Notes under the pieces: model-generated | What the model was told of the DNA's origin: nothing | The model's database searches: none | Seen by the model: the letters and a program-made list of their open reading frames with translations, nothing else | In this document: positions 1 to 16,670 of the stretch, piece after piece | Layout: each line of letters starts with the position of its first letter | How positions within the stretch are numbered: the stretch's first letter is position 1 | Origin: Eledone cirrhosa | Lineage: Eukaryota | Length of the DNA stretch: 64,000 nucleotides | NCBI GenBank assembly: GCA_964016885.1 | Contig: OZ024740.1 | Span: 97,092,001 to 97,156,000 of the forward strand | Direction of reading: 5' to 3' | Made by a program: the position numbers and the translations under genes

Positions 1-340
1 TTAACTGTAGACCTATTTAAGATTTGATGGTATTTGTGGTTTGGCGGGAAGTTTTTCTCAAGGATATAAAAAAATTTTTTAGCAATATTATCCTTAACTT
101 GTAAATTAAAAGGAGCATTATACCAAGTAACCTGTCTATTACGGTTTCTATGTTGTTTATTATTTTTATTATTTTTATAGGTTGTATCGTGATTTTTACT
201 AGGAGGATTAATGTTAATGATCTCACCACAACTATTTTTAGTTATATTTGTAGATTTAGGTGTTTTATCCTTTTTATTAGGAGTTATATTATTAATATTT
301 ATTAGAGTTGTATGATGAGTAGTTTTTTGAGAGTTACTAT

Positions 341-345
<5 letters not shown>
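1..345 (-). pseudogene. Naiad-like PLE ORF fragment (RT-endonuclease linker), 5'-truncated at a (TA)n tract and running off the window start
   Basis: Minus strand reads NRQVTWYNAPFNLQVKDNIAKKFFYILEKNFPPNHKYHQILNRSTV, matching the start of the 58364 ORF (FFYILEKNFPPNHKYHQILNRSTVK). Confidence 0.85.
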
Positions 346-376
<31 letters not shown>

Positions 377-914
377 CTTTATCTTCATCAGCATCGCTTT
401 CATGCTTGATTTCCACACCTGATTTCCACACCTGCACAGGTGTGGAAATCATGTGTGTCAATTTTTTAGGCATAACTGACATGGAGACCATTTTCTGCTC
501 ATACTTTCCATAAGCGTGTTGCTTTCTGTAGCTGAATCACCTTCCTAACACCAACAACCTTAAGGATGTAATAACAGTACTTCAGTGTGTGATGCAGTTG
601 AAGTGGCAACTAAATTATTTCGACTGTTCCGCTTATTTTCTACAACTTCTGAGAGAACACTAGAGAAGTGGTAGTTTTCATTGTTTCAGATGCATGTGAT
701 ACTGTAATAACTACAAGGAAAGATCTGCAATTTATATGTAGCTCCAGCAAGTTCAAGTCCTTACAAATTAGATTTCATTGAGGAAATATTTGTAAAATAC
801 GAAACCCACTTTCTTAATGGTTGAAACCATTAAGCTAGAATGAAGCAAAATACACAGCAAGCAGATTTCAAACAAGAGTATTCACCTTATCTGCGTATTT
901 AGATAAATATGCAA

Positions 915-1005
<91 letters not shown>

Positions 1006-1179
1006 AAAATATACATATACATTATTGATGACCGTTAACTCTCACGGGTTTCTCCACCGTTTGATAAGTTTTTTTTTCACCTTTCTCTCTAAATAGAGAT
1101 GTATTTAATGTACACTTCTGCTCCTTACGGCACAACACACACACACAGATGCACACACACACACACACACACACAGATC

Positions 1180-1245
<66 letters not shown>

Positions 1246-1555
1246 AAATAGGGTCTAGATAGTAGGGCTGGGTGGTGACTGAAACCTAAGAGCTGGCTGT
1301 ACCAAGAAATAGGATGAACAAGTGTTTGGAAGCAAATGCTTCGATTAGTCATAGAAGTTTCTTAATTTAGATCAACCAAGTTAATGCACCATGTCACTCA
1401 TTGTAATCTACTGAATGAAACCTTCACCAGAATTCATTGATTTCAGAATTAAAGAAATCTTCTTATGACACGTTACAACAATGTTACTTGTCCGGTGTCA
1501 ATTTTGTTTTCAGTTCATATCACAAATATAGTAATTTTTGACAGAGGAGGATTTT

Positions 1556-1688
<133 letters not shown>

Positions 1689-1731
1689 TGTGTGTATGTG
1701 TGTGTGTGTATGTATCTATGTATATATATAA

Positions 1732-2010
1732 ACGGAAAAAATGAAACGAAATTTCATTTCCCACTCTTAGTACGGCCGTTACTTAAATATAAGTATGTAC
1801 ACGTACATACATATATGTATACAGACGTACATTAGTATGTATATATATATATACATCGGCCGGGTATTGGTATATATACATCGGACGTACATTAGTATGT
1901 ATATATATATAAATCGGCCGGGTGCACCGAAAACGATAAATGGAAAGAATGAAACGAAATTTCATTTCCCACTCTTAGTACGGCTGTTACTTAAATATAA
2001 GTATGTACGC
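1732..2010. repeat. Two tandem partial copies (~210 bp period) of the 3' end of the retrozyme-like family also at 19664 and 34791
   Basis: atgaaacgaaatttcatttcccactcttagtacggc..ttacttaaatataagtatgtac occurs at ~1741 and ~1949, and related copies lie at 19677, 35216 and 35700. Confidence 0.8.
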
Positions 2011-3070
<1,060 letters not shown>

Positions 3071-3079
3071 TATATATAT

Positions 3080-3161
<82 letters not shown>

Positions 3162-3163
<2 letters not shown>

Positions 3164-3438
3164 AAGAATATTTTCGAAACAGCGAGTGGATTTGAAATTA
3201 TTAGAAATGTTAGCTATCGCCGTATTTTGACTAAAGAAATTAAAGAAATTGTTTAGCCTGATAGTGGGGTTAATAACCCTCGGAGAAATGGAAAAAGATG
3301 AGTATTGACGTACAAGAAATTAAAGAAATTATTATACGTCAATACTCATCTTTTTCCATTTCTCCGAGGGTTCTTAACTCCACTATCAGGCTAAATAATT
3401 TCTTTAATTTCTTTAGTCAAAATACGGCGATAGCTAAC

Positions 3439-3440
<2 letters not shown>
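3162..3440. mobile_element. Fold-back non-coding element: 106-bp arms, 22-nt loop and ~45-nt tail on the left
   Basis: Arms 3207-3312 and 3335-3440. The loop caagaaattaaagaaattatta duplicates a segment of the arm. Flanked by microsatellite. Confidence 0.85.
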
Positions 3441-3494
<54 letters not shown>

Positions 3495-3529
3495 TTATAT
3501 ATATATATATATAAATATATATATGTATT

Positions 3530-3582
<53 letters not shown>

Positions 3583-3593
3583 TTATATATATA

Positions 3594-4470
<877 letters not shown>

Positions 4471-6639
4471 TATATATTTGGCTTTGTGAGTATGTTGTAA
4501 ATGTGGTTGAGACCAATGTCAGTACAGATTGTTCATCCTATATAATAAAGCAGTCCAACATGATCACTTTCATTTTTGATTTAGGACATAATGCAACTAA
4601 GAACATATCAAATGTCTAAGTATTTTAAAACGGTGAAGGGATTTAAGTTTGATTTCGTAAATGGAGTTGTGTGTGTGTTTGTATATGTGTAAGTGTGTGC
4701 ATATGTGTGTGTGTGTGTGTGTGAGTGTGTGTGTGTACGTGTGTGGAATAGTAAGTCCATGTGTGTATTTAAACGCGTGTGTACATGTATGGGCTTAAGT
4801 ACTTATATACATACTATTTTATATCTACTTACTGCAGTATAAGAGAACATGAGAAAATCCTGATTTTAATGGCCAACTGTCAAGGGAATATATATGTGAA
4901 TGTACAATTTTCTGTTCTTATTAATCATTCATTTAATTATACCATTATATTCCTCGGATTTTGATGTTAATATCAGATCATTTTCCATGCTTAAATGTTC
5001 ATATATGAAAAACAATATTTACCCTTTAATCTAATAAACTAATCAATCATCAATAATTATAGGTATAAATGTGAATTTATATTCTGGGTAAAGACGCGGC
5101 ATGTTTCAAAGTAATTGATCATAAATATTCTGTTTCTGATTTTGATAGAAATGTTCACACCTCCTGCGAAGCTGACCTCTATGTCTGTACATAACATTTT
5201 TTCTTCGATCCTAAACAACTATATGAGATTTGTTATGCTTTCACATAGCAGATGTTTTGATAGAAATGTTCCACCAATTTTCTTTCTTTTTATACTTGTG
5301 TATATATTCAATAGCAGCGATATTCTCTATTTTTCTCCCACAAAATACTTCCCTATGGATGTCATTATATATTGTTTCAGCAACAATATCATACTATATT
5401 AGAAGCTAGTACATTAATAATATTTTGTGGCAGCTGTTGATCACGTGTCTAATATATTCCACAAATATGTGACATATTCATTGCCTCCCGCTGCTATCCC
5501 ATTTATGCAGCTTTCCAAATTTATGTGAACGTTCCAAAGTTGAATATGCATGTGTGTATCTATTCACTATGTATTTATTTTGCAATCCTTTTCAGTCTCA
5601 GACTAAAATGATTTAAGATATTCCTGAGAAGATATTGTATTTTATTTTTCATTTTTATTTGTATGGATTAAAACCAAATTGTGTTTAATGCAACTTCATG
5701 TCAATGTGCTTTTAAACTACGAAGTTTGTTACTCAGTGTATTGAATTTATGTTTTAAAGTTATTCAGTTCCCTAAAATGACTATAGATTTTGCAAGTAGG
5801 AAAAGGGATAGGGTCATGCAACCACCACGGAAATAACATACAGAAAATGAGAATATAGGAACTCCATATGGTGTACCCACTATGAACAATGGATGCACAT
5901 GAGGGATAGTAAAATTGTATGTTGACACACAAGGAAGATAGACTTCATATTTGACAAGTGTAGTGGGGTAGTCAACATTAAGGTTAATGAAGAAAATAAA
6001 CCCTTCAAATACAAACAAGACTCGTTAGAAGAAATAGATATATTTGCTTGTGAACAAATTATCAGTTAATGTGGGTGTACCAAACGTGTTGTTTCCAGAT
6101 TGGAAAGGAGAGTAAAGCAATACTAATAGCTAAGCTTAACCTGTGAATCGACAACATATTAGAGCTCAGCACGCAATAATAAGCATAAAACGCACACACG
6201 TAACGTATGTCATAATATCACTTACAGCCCAAATATATAACTCAATCCAGAAGAGCTAACATAACCAAACGATTTCAACTGGACACAACGTTTGCCACCG
6301 ATGAAACTTGACGTAAAAATAAAGGCACACAATATTTAACTGACACCCCTCTCTCCACACACATACACACACACGATATTATACACATGTCAGTCCACAT
6401 ACGATGTCGTCTTCCCATTTCTTACTATTCAGGGCTTATTATTTTTCAAAACTTTTTATCGTAGAATGATTTGAAACTGTTTATAAGATTTTGTTTATGG
6501 GATATATCATGTAAATACAGTTTAACAGAAATGGAAAGAAAGAAAATTTTAATAGAGAAGAATGAAATGTAAAATGGGAAAACAAAGAAAAAAGAGAATA
6601 TAAAAAACGGAAAAGGGAGGAAATGACAAGGACTGTAGT

Positions 6640-7560
6640 ATTTCAGAAGAATGGGGAGGGTGGATTACAGGGCTCTGGGCCTAGGGCGTGGTGATAAAGG
6701 TACTGTGCCCCGCGGACAAAAACGCAAAAGCATTCACACGGACAATGACCACCGACACCCGCTGCAACATCTACCCCACCTCGAGGGGCGCCTTCATCAA
6801 ACGGGCCACCGACGTTCCGATCTTGCGAAGGAGCTCGTTTGTACGGAGTCCAAGTATGCCTGAGATCTGGACGGTGACAGGTGCGAAGAGGAAGCGGCCG
6901 GAAAGTCCCCTGTATTTTTTTCCGGGAGTTTTGGACGAAGCGACAAGTTGGAGGCGGAGAACATGTTGCAACAGGTAACATCCTAGATGTGGGATCTACC
7001 TCCTTCGAGTGGGAAGAGGTGATTCCATCGAGACGCTTGCAATCTCCGCAGTCAAGGCCTGTTGTTTCCAGTTTAGCAGATATTTCGTTAGCTGAAGGTC
7101 TCATACAAATGTGAAGTAAGATTGAATTAAAGCAGTAAAAAAATGTATATATATGTATATAGTGAGAGAGAAAGAAAGAAAAAACCTGGAGAGTTTAGAG
7201 GATACGAGGAATGATTGTAGTGTTAAGAGAGTTAACTATTAAGACGTCATTATCGAGAAGAAAGATTTGTCGATAGTGACAAACGTTTACAATTATGTTA
7301 AGGATATTAGTTTCAGTGTGGTAGTGATGCCCTTCACATCCATGTAGGTACCCTTGTTGATGAGATACAAGTTTACCAATAAAATTAAACGACACGATGT
7401 GGAAGAATATGGAACACTTCTAACACACATGGTGGGACATGGATGCGACAAAAATGTTTACATATATTTCCTCCGTAGCCATGTTATTAAAAGTAATATT
7501 CTGAGAATGTTCAGAGTTATTTCCCGTTTGCAACTGAAAAGCATTAGAAGGGATTAAATT
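6640..7560 (-). pseudogene. Decayed CRE-clade non-LTR retrotransposon, restriction-like endonuclease C-terminus
   Basis: Frameshifted translation: ISAKLETTGLDCGDCKRLDGIT..FPLEGGRSHI*DVTCC, then KKYRGLSGRFLFAPVTVQISGILG..LLRKIG..MLQRVSVVIVRVNA. This matches the RPDG..WDVT..KY..F.P..E..G..QR.S...R.NA pattern. The extent beyond 7110 is weak. Confidence 0.7.
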
Positions 7561-7584
7561 TGAATTGTTTTTGTTCCCATTGAG

Positions 7585-8280
7585 GCAGATGACATGATAT
7601 TACTTATCCCCGAAGATAGTGATCTCCAACATGCACTTGATAGGTTTGATATTGAGTATTGCATGGTTTGGATGCAAATCTGTGCACTCTACATGTAAAT
7701 GGAGTTTCACTAAAGCAGTTTAAAAATTCCAATGTCTCGGGATCATGTTCACGAGTGATGGAAGGTAAAAGGCTGACTTAAGTGCAAGAATTAAAGACTT
7801 GATGCAGTAATGTGCCAGTTTCTGAATTCGGCATTCAGAAGAAAGGGTAGGTGTAAAAGCCAAACTCACCCTCTATAATTCAGTATTTGTGGCAATCATT
7901 ACGTATGGTTAAGAATCTTGGTAATGACTGAAAGAATACGATCACAAATGCAAGCAGCTTAAATAGAGTTGTTCCAAAGGTTCTTTGGAGTAGGTTACTC
8001 AATAGAATGCGTAACTTGGATATCAGAGAGTCACTCCAGCTAGAGTCGCTACTTTTCCAAATTGAGGAATCACAGCTGCGATATTACGGGCATGTGGTCA
8101 GAAGGCCTAGGGGAAAAATCGTTGAACAGATTTTTATGGTCAAAACCAAGAGGCAAGACACCAAGGAATGGACCCTGAGCAAGATGTTTGGACAGCATCC
8201 GTGAGCCCGGTTGGTCTCACTTATGGATCCAACAAGATCAATTGGAGAAGGTTACACTGGAAGGACCCTCTAAGAAATAA
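7585..8280 (+). pseudogene. Decayed RTE-clade LINE, RT C-terminal half
   Basis: ADDMILL, FTSDG, TYG*ESW.MTERIRSQMQAA and RNLDIRESLQLESLLFQIEESQLRYYGHVVR, with stops and frameshifts. Confidence 0.8.
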
Positions 8281-8539
8281 ATAGGAGGAGGAGGAGGAGG
8301 AGGTAGAGGGGCAATAGGAATTTCGTTACTTGCAGTTGTATCCCGATTAGGGAGAAGGTATGAATACTCTTATAGGTAGTCTTCAATAGAAATCTTTCGG
8401 CTTTTGGTTTATTTAATTTCGGTGTTTTTAATGGCGTTATACTGGCCACCTTTCGGGTTTGTGATGGGGCTGAGGGCGTAAGTTTATGTGTGGCTAATGC
8501 CTATACATGTGACCAAACTTATTTTCCTCTCTCCCTCCC

Positions 8540-8628
<89 letters not shown>

Positions 8629-8733
8629 AAGAGAGAAGTAGAATACTGGAAGGTAATATCCGTAGTGGTAGAGCACTCAGTCCATGAGACGACTTTGGTA
8701 GGAGTAGTAACACAACAGTTGGTACACCATACA

Positions 8734-8770
8734 GAGAACAATTGTTTCTGCTTATGCGGATCTTCAGCTC
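8734..8770 (-). ncRNA. Minimal type I hammerhead ribozyme motif (family B)
   Basis: gag CTGAAGA tccgcataagca GAAA caattg TT ctc. Stem III is the palindrome ACAATTGT; stem II is weak. Confidence 0.65.
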
Positions 8771-9462
8771 GGACTGGTAATGGTTATACGGAACAGGAAG
8801 AACAACCGTATGAACGCGCATGCGCAGATATGGTCACTTCAGCCAAGCGATGCAAAACCGCGGGCGAAAATTGTAAGGGAGATAACTGTAAATGTCCGGA
8901 AAGTCCACTGTAGTTTATGAAGCTGTGGTCACTTCCAACTGACCAAATCAACCACAGGACGTCAAATCCTATGTGGGTATGGTGGAGGGCCGATTTAAGG
9001 AACGCTTCCTGGACGATCATTCGACCTTTAGGTACCCGGACAAATGATAATCCACGAAGTGCGTGAGTCCAAGTCTTACGAAAGGGGCAATCCGTCTTGT
9101 GGACTGTGTATTGAAGAAAGGATAAATATTCTAAAGAGATTACGTAATAGCGATTGCCTAAATTCAAGAAATGAAATCTTCTCACGTTTTCTACATGCCT
9201 GGAAACACCTCTTGCATAACTACAAAGCTCCGGATTCAATAACAACAACATTCTAATTTTCTAATCAACTCGAACATTTTATTCCGGACTTTCACAGTTA
9301 TCTCTCTTACACCTTTCGCCCGTGGTTTTTTTATCGCTTGCGTGAAGTGACCGTTTCTGCGCATGCGCGTTCATACGGTTGTTCTCCCTGTTCCGTATAA
9401 CCATTACCAGTCCGAGCTGAAGATCCGCATAAGGTATGTCTCAATTTATAAAACAAACTTTG

Positions 9463-9526
9463 TATTTTATCTGATAAAGCGTACCAATTTTGCCTTTGTT
9501 GCCCTTGAAATATATATAATAAAATA
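9463..9526 (+). ncRNA. Degenerate type I hammerhead motif (family C, core G8A)
   Basis: tattttat CTGATAA ... GAAA tatata TA ataaaata, with an 8-bp stem I. Homologous to 50674-50739. Confidence 0.55.
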
Positions 9527-9939
9527 AATATGGTTTTATATATATAGTTTCCATTTATTTAATATCGTTGATATTTACTCCAGTACATTGGTGAGTGCTC
9601 TAAATCAGTTGTAAACATGTATGTTTGTCGGACTTCCAACAAATTGAATACAACTTCTACTTATAAATATATATTGTTATACTTTGGGAGGGTCATGTTG
9701 CCAATAAGAAACACACGCACCAGTTTCTTTCACTTCAATTTATTATCAATTAAATTTATAAATTTCCGGTTGGTTGGTTGGTTGGTTCCACAACCAGACG
9801 ATTGTTCATATATTGTTAAAGTTCTTTCGTCACACATTCAGTGACCTCTTCAGTGACTGGGAATTCTTTTCTTTGTTTTTGTGCCTCTCCTTTGTTCTGT
9901 CCTACGCCATCTTGTTTTAAAAAATATATATATATATAC

Positions 9940-10018
<79 letters not shown>

Positions 10019-10212
10019 GATAAATCTACCAAGAGTTTACGGTAGTGTCCAATCCGTATGAAGAACTCAATGTATTCCGGATATCATGGAAAGAAGAGAT
10101 GTAATGAAAAATCACTTTCGGTGAAAGATAAACGGAATACAGAGTCAAGATAAAATATTAAACAAATAATGAATAAAACAATGAAACAGTTCCTTATATT
10201 AAACAAAAAAAG

Positions 10213-10367
10213 TTCATTATTTAACGATCGTTTCTAGGATATATATGTGTTAGAATTGGCATGCATATTCAACAGATCTATGTACAAAATTATACAAAAT
10301 TATACAAACTATCAAGATTAAATATACATACCAAACACACATATATGCCGTCTTCAGAAATAATGAA
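10213..10367 (-). ncRNA. Type I hammerhead with long stem II (family A)
   Basis: Reverse complement of 16387-16541, with intact CTGAAGA/GAAA/GTT. Confidence 0.8.
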
Positions 10368-10969
10368 ATATATTTATTGATAATAACAACAATTCAAAAT
10401 TTCAGGTCCGTTTGGGAACGGAGTTCAAAATTGACCAATGAAAATACAAAAAGTTTTATGCAGTTTGGTGTGTGTATATACATGTAACTAACCCCGTACA
10501 CATATTTATACAAAGATATATGCTCAACATGCATACGCATGCCAAAAAGATGTATGCAAATACAAAAATTCAAGCTAATGTCTCTGTAAGTTTATAATCC
10601 ACAGATAAAATGCGTATAGACACATAAATATGAAATAAGTGTATACACATATTCTCATACTCACACATATCCGTACACTCACACACACGCGCGCGTATAT
10701 GCATAAACATACACATAATTACGAACATACATACACACACACACCCCCACACACATATATATGTGGATATAATATTATCATAAGCACATGGATATAAATT
10801 CACTCACATAAACACTGCCACACACATTTAGATCAAGATACAGAAATTAGGTGGGAGGGGGGGAGAGGTCAGTATTCAACGGATTGGGCAGACTGCTTAT
10901 TTATAGATGTATCTATAAACTTAGAAATAAAAAGAAAAGAAAAGAAAAAGAAAAAAGAAATATATCAAG

Positions 10970-11010
<41 letters not shown>

Positions 11011-11491
11011 CTACACATACAACACACACACACACACATATATAAACATATACATATATATATATACACACATATACACACATACATATATATATATATA
11101 TATACACACACATATATACACATATATACACACACACATATATAGACACACATATATATACACATACCCGCACATATACATACACATACGTACTTATATA
11201 CATACAGACATACACATACATACATATATATACACACATATACATACAGACATACATACATACATACACACATATACACATACATACACACACATACATA
11301 CTCATACATAGACATAGATATATATTCACCCACACATACGTACTTATATATACGCATATATACAAATACTTACGCATCCATATATCGGTATATACATACA
11401 AACACCACTACACTCTCACACAACTCAGACATACAAAGAGAAAGGTATATACATATACACATATACACATACAAATAGAGATACATATACA

Positions 11492-11525
<34 letters not shown>

Positions 11526-11813
11526 CACATACATATATACACACATATATACATACACATACATACATGTACATACACATACACATACATACATACACAC
11601 ATACACACATATATATATAGTCACACACACACACACACCTACACAAACATACACATACACATATATAAAGATATATATACACACACACATACACACACAC
11701 ACATATATATATATATATACATATATATACACATATATATATATACACATATACATACACATATATGTACATACATACACATACATACATACATATACAC
11801 ACATATATATATA

Positions 11814-11845
<32 letters not shown>

Positions 11846-14592
11846 CACACATACATACACAACACATACATACTCATACATAGACATAGATATATATTCA
11901 TACACACATACGCACTTACATATACGCATATATACAAATACATACGCATCCATATATGCGTATATACATACAAACACCACTACACTCTCACACAACTCAG
12001 ACATACAAAGAAAAAGGTATATACATATACATATATACACACATTAATAGAGATACATATACACATATATATATATACATACACATACATTTATATATAT
12101 ACCTACACACACATACAACCATAAACACACATACAAACACATACATACACACATATATACATATATATACACACACACACAAAAAAACACACATACACAT
12201 ATATATTTTTACATATATATATACATATATATACACATACACACCTTCACATATATACATATACACATAAGTCATATTATAATAATAAATATTACAATAA
12301 TAAATAATATATATATATATACACATACGAATATATATATATATACACACATAGATATACATATATATATATACACACACACACACACTCACATATATAT
12401 GTGCGCACACGTACATATATACACATACACATATACCCATAAACATATACATGTGCATACATGTACATACGCACATATACCCACATAGATACGAAGATAG
12501 ACATATATATAGAGAGACATACATATACATACACATATATACATACACATACATACACACATATATATATATATATACACACACACATACACGCCCACAC
12601 ACATATACACATATACACATATATATATATATATATACACATATATATACACATGCATATATACACATATATATATATATACATATATATATACACACAA
12701 TCATACATTCTTATTTGCATGCGCATATATGTATTTTTATACTCAGATATAAACACCCAAACATATATACACCTACCTACATATATATTCATACATACAC
12801 GCTTACAAACACAGATGATAATAGTATGGGGGAAAGGGGGGGGGGGGGGTGGAGAAGGGGATTATAGTAAATATATGTTTCAAGAAACATAGAATATTAA
12901 TCTGTATTTGGATCTCAATATAAGTTTTTACATAGTTTCAGTGTTAGGAAATGCAAGAAATAAGGCAAAATTATGCATTTCAAAATAAGTATACCATTAA
13001 TTATATGTTAACTAAACTAAAGATAGTTAACATATTGATTTCTAAGGTGTAAATTAGTTAGGTTTATAATATTTGAAGCAGAATATTGAAGTTAAATAGT
13101 AGTAGAGTATTAATTATAGTATAACTAAATTAAAGTTATTAACGTTATGGTATCAATATTAGGAAATGAATTTAGTAATAGGGAAAAAACAAATAAAGTA
13201 TTACATCAGTAGTAGAATATAAATTATAGGTTAACTAAATTAAAAATTATATATTAATTTCTATAGTATATGTTAATTAGGTATATAATAAATAAAACAG
13301 ATATTGTATTTTATCAATAGCAGAATATAATTATATGCAAATAGAAATCAAAATTAATACATATACATATACATATACATACACATATATATATATATAT
13401 ATACACATATACATACATACATACACATACATATACATACATACATATACATATTTGTGTATATATATATATATATATATGTGTATATGTGTATATGTGT
13501 GTGGGCGTGTATGTGTGTGTGTATATATATATATATATGTGTGTATGTATGTGTATGTATATATGTGTATGTATATGTATGTCTCTCTATATATATGTCT
13601 ATCTTCGTATCTATGTGGGTATATGTGCGTATGTACATGTATGCACATGTATATGTTTATGGGTATATGTGTGTATGTGTATATATGTACGTGTGCGCAC
13701 ATATATATGTGAGTGTGTGTGTGTGTGTATATATATATATGTATATCTATGTGTGTATATATATATATATTCGTATGTGTATATATATATATATTATTTA
13801 TTATTGTAATATTTATTATTATAATATGACTTATGTGTATATGTATATATGTGAAGGTGTGTATGTGTATATATATGTATATATATATGTAAAAATATAT
13901 ATGTGTATGTGTGTTTTTTTGTGTGTGTGTGTATATATATGTATATATGTGTGTATGTATGTGTTTGTATGTGTGTTTATGGTTGTATGTGTGTGTAGGT
14001 ATATATATAAATGTATGTGTATGTATATATATATATGTGTATATGTATCTCTATTAATGTGTGTATATATGTATATGTATATACCTTTTTCTTTGTATGT
14101 CTGAGTTGTGTGAGAGTGTAGTGGTGTTTGTATGTATATACGCATATATGGATGCGTATGTATTTGTATATATGCGTATATGTAAGTGCGTATGTGTGTA
14201 TGAATATATATCTATGTCTATGTATGAGTATGTATGTGTTGTGTATGTATGTGTGTATGTATATATGTGTGTATGTGTTTATATATATATATATATATGT
14301 GTGTATATGTATGTATGTATGTGTATGTATGTACATATATGTGTATGTATATGTGTGTATATATATATGTGTATATATATGTATATATATATATATATGT
14401 TTATTTTATATATATGTGTGTGTGTGTATGTGTGTGTGTATATATATCTTTATATATGTGTATGTGTATGTTTGTGTAGGTGTGTGTGTGTGTGTGACTA
14501 TATATGTATGTGTGTATGTGTGTATGTATGTATGTGTATGTGTATGTACATGTATGTATGTGTATGTATATATGTGTGTATATATGTATGTG

Positions 14593-14628
<36 letters not shown>

Positions 14629-15125
14629 TGTATATGTATCTCTATTTGTATGTGTATATGTGTATATGTATATACCTTTCTCTTTGTATGTCTGAGTTGT
14701 GTGAGAGTGTAGTGGTGTTTGTATGTATATACCGATATATGGATGCGTAAGTATTTGTATATATGCGTATATATAAGTACGTATGTGTGGGTGAATATAT
14801 ATCTATGTCTATGTATGAGTATGTATGTGTGTGTATGTATGTGTATATGTGTGTATGTATGTATGTATGTCTGTATGTATATGTGTGTATATATATGTAT
14901 GTATGTGTATGTTTGTATGTATATAAGTATGTATGTGTATGTATATGTGCGGGTATGTGTATATATATGTGTGTCTATATATGTGTGTGTGTATATATGT
15001 GTATATATGTGTGTGTATATATATATATATATATGTATGTGTGTATATGTGTGTATATATATATATGTATATGTTTATATATGTGTGTGTGTGTGTGTTG
15101 TATGTGTAGATGTGTGTATATTTAT

Positions 15126-15734
15126 GTCAGGTCACCAGTTGGTGCTACTGGTAACATGTATCCCAGTACAACCTGTCTCATGGTCGGGTCGTTGGCGACT
15201 AAACTGGCAACCCCACCAAGGTTTCTTGGTGAGGAGGGTGACTTTGGACATCCTGCAGGACTAAAAACAAAACCTGTCAAAGGGCAAAGGAGCTCTTAAG
15301 AGTCAATGGCCATCCAAAATCACCGGGAGAGATGACCCCTTAGCCTTTGTCAAGGCAGAATTCTAGGAGAAGGAAAACTCTGAAATAACACCTGCAACCC
15401 TGATGGTATCCAATGATGTTGACTTGTTCTTCTTTTTGGTAAATATCATCTTGGTTAAGAGAGTGGGACTGGCTTTGTGCAGTGCCTTTGCTCACTATAA
15501 AAGCTTCACGGCACAGGCATTGCTTTATATCTGGAGATCTCTCTGCACTTGTCGTCACATGGTACCATGGGCCCTGCACTATGTGTCAGTAATTGTCACA
15601 AGTGTAGTGTTTGTACCAGAGTTTTCAAGTCGCTGGCTGGACTAAAAAGTCACACTCGTTCAGCGCATCGGTAGGGGTTCTCCTACATGGATATAAAGTA
15701 GTGGCCGTACTCGAAAACGAGTTGGCAGCCACCA

Positions 15735-15737
<3 letters not shown>
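15126..15737 (+). mobile_element. Non-autonomous RTE-derived short element, copy 2, nested in a (TA)n tract of the Naiad UTR
   Basis: Same 5' start (gtcaggtcacc) and 3' end as 3767-4378. Absent from the opposite arm at ~10975-11000. Confidence 0.8.
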
Positions 15738-15783
<46 letters not shown>

Positions 15784-16386
15784 CTTGATATATTTCTTTT
15801 TTCTTTTTCTTTTCTTTTCTTTTTATTTCTAAGTTTATAGATACATCTATAAATAAGCAGTCTGCCCAATCCGTTGAATACTGACCTCTCCCCCCCTCCC
15901 ACCTAATTTCTGTATCTTGATCTAAATGTGTGTGGCAGTGTTTATGTGAGTGAATTTATATCCATGTGCTTATGATAATATTATATCCACATATATATGT
16001 GTGTGGGGGTGTGTGTGTGTATGTATGTTCGTAATTATGTGTATGTTTATGCATATACGCGCGCGTGTGTGTGAGTGTACGGATATGTGTGAGTATGAGA
16101 ATATGTGTATACACTTATTTCATATTTATGTGTCTATACGCATTTTATCTGTGGATTATAAACTTACAGAGACATTAGCCTTGAATTTTTGTATTTGCAT
16201 ACATCTTTTTGGCATGCGTATGCATGTTGAGCATATATCTTTGTATAAATATGTGTACGGGGTTAGTTACATGTATATACACACACCAAACTGCATAAAA
16301 CTTTTTGTATTTTCATTGGTCAATTTTGAACTCCGTTCCCAAACGGACCTGAAATTTTGAATTGTTGTTATTATCAATAAATATAT

Positions 16387-16541
16387 TTCATTATTTCTGA
16401 AGACGGCATATATGTGTGTTTGGTATGTATATTTAATCTTGATAGTTTGTATAATTTTGTATAATTTTGTACATAGATCTGTTGAATATGCATGCCAATT
16501 CTAACACATATATATCCTAGAAACGATCGTTAAATAATGAA
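16387..16541 (+). ncRNA. Type I hammerhead with 116-nt stem II (family A)
   Basis: ttcattattt CTGAAGA [116-nt hairpin] GAAA cgatcg TT aaataatgaa, with a perfect 10-bp stem I and palindromic stem III ACGATCGT. Confidence 0.8.
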
Positions 16542-16595
16542 CTTTTTTTGTTTAATATAAGGAACTGTTTCATTGTTTTATTCATTATTTGTTTA

Positions 16596-16648
<53 letters not shown>

Positions 16649-16670
16649 GTATATATATATATATATATAT

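Larger units (their letters stand above)
8637..9661. mobile_element. Naiad-like PLE remnant with inverted terminal arms and a central GIY-YIG fragment
   Basis: Arms 8751-8901 and 9282-9433. Plus-strand 8902-9256 reads STVVYEAVV..KSYVGMVEGRFKERF..HSTF..CGLCIEE..LNSRNEIFS. Confidence 0.8.
10016..16604. mobile_element. 6.6-kb fold-back of the Naiad-family 3'UTR (no ORF); left arm carries a ~134-nt tail and right arm is interrupted by an RTE-derived insert
   Basis: Left arm 10016-~13452 (minus) and right arm ~13455-16604 (plus); outer paired positions sum to 26754. Same sequence family as the UTR downstream of the 58364 ORF. Confidence 0.85.

Noticed and set aside
407-453. Tiny duplication plus hairpin tgatttccacacctg/caggtgtggaaatca
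   Set aside because: Probably a local template-switch scar in a decayed SINE tail, with no further support.
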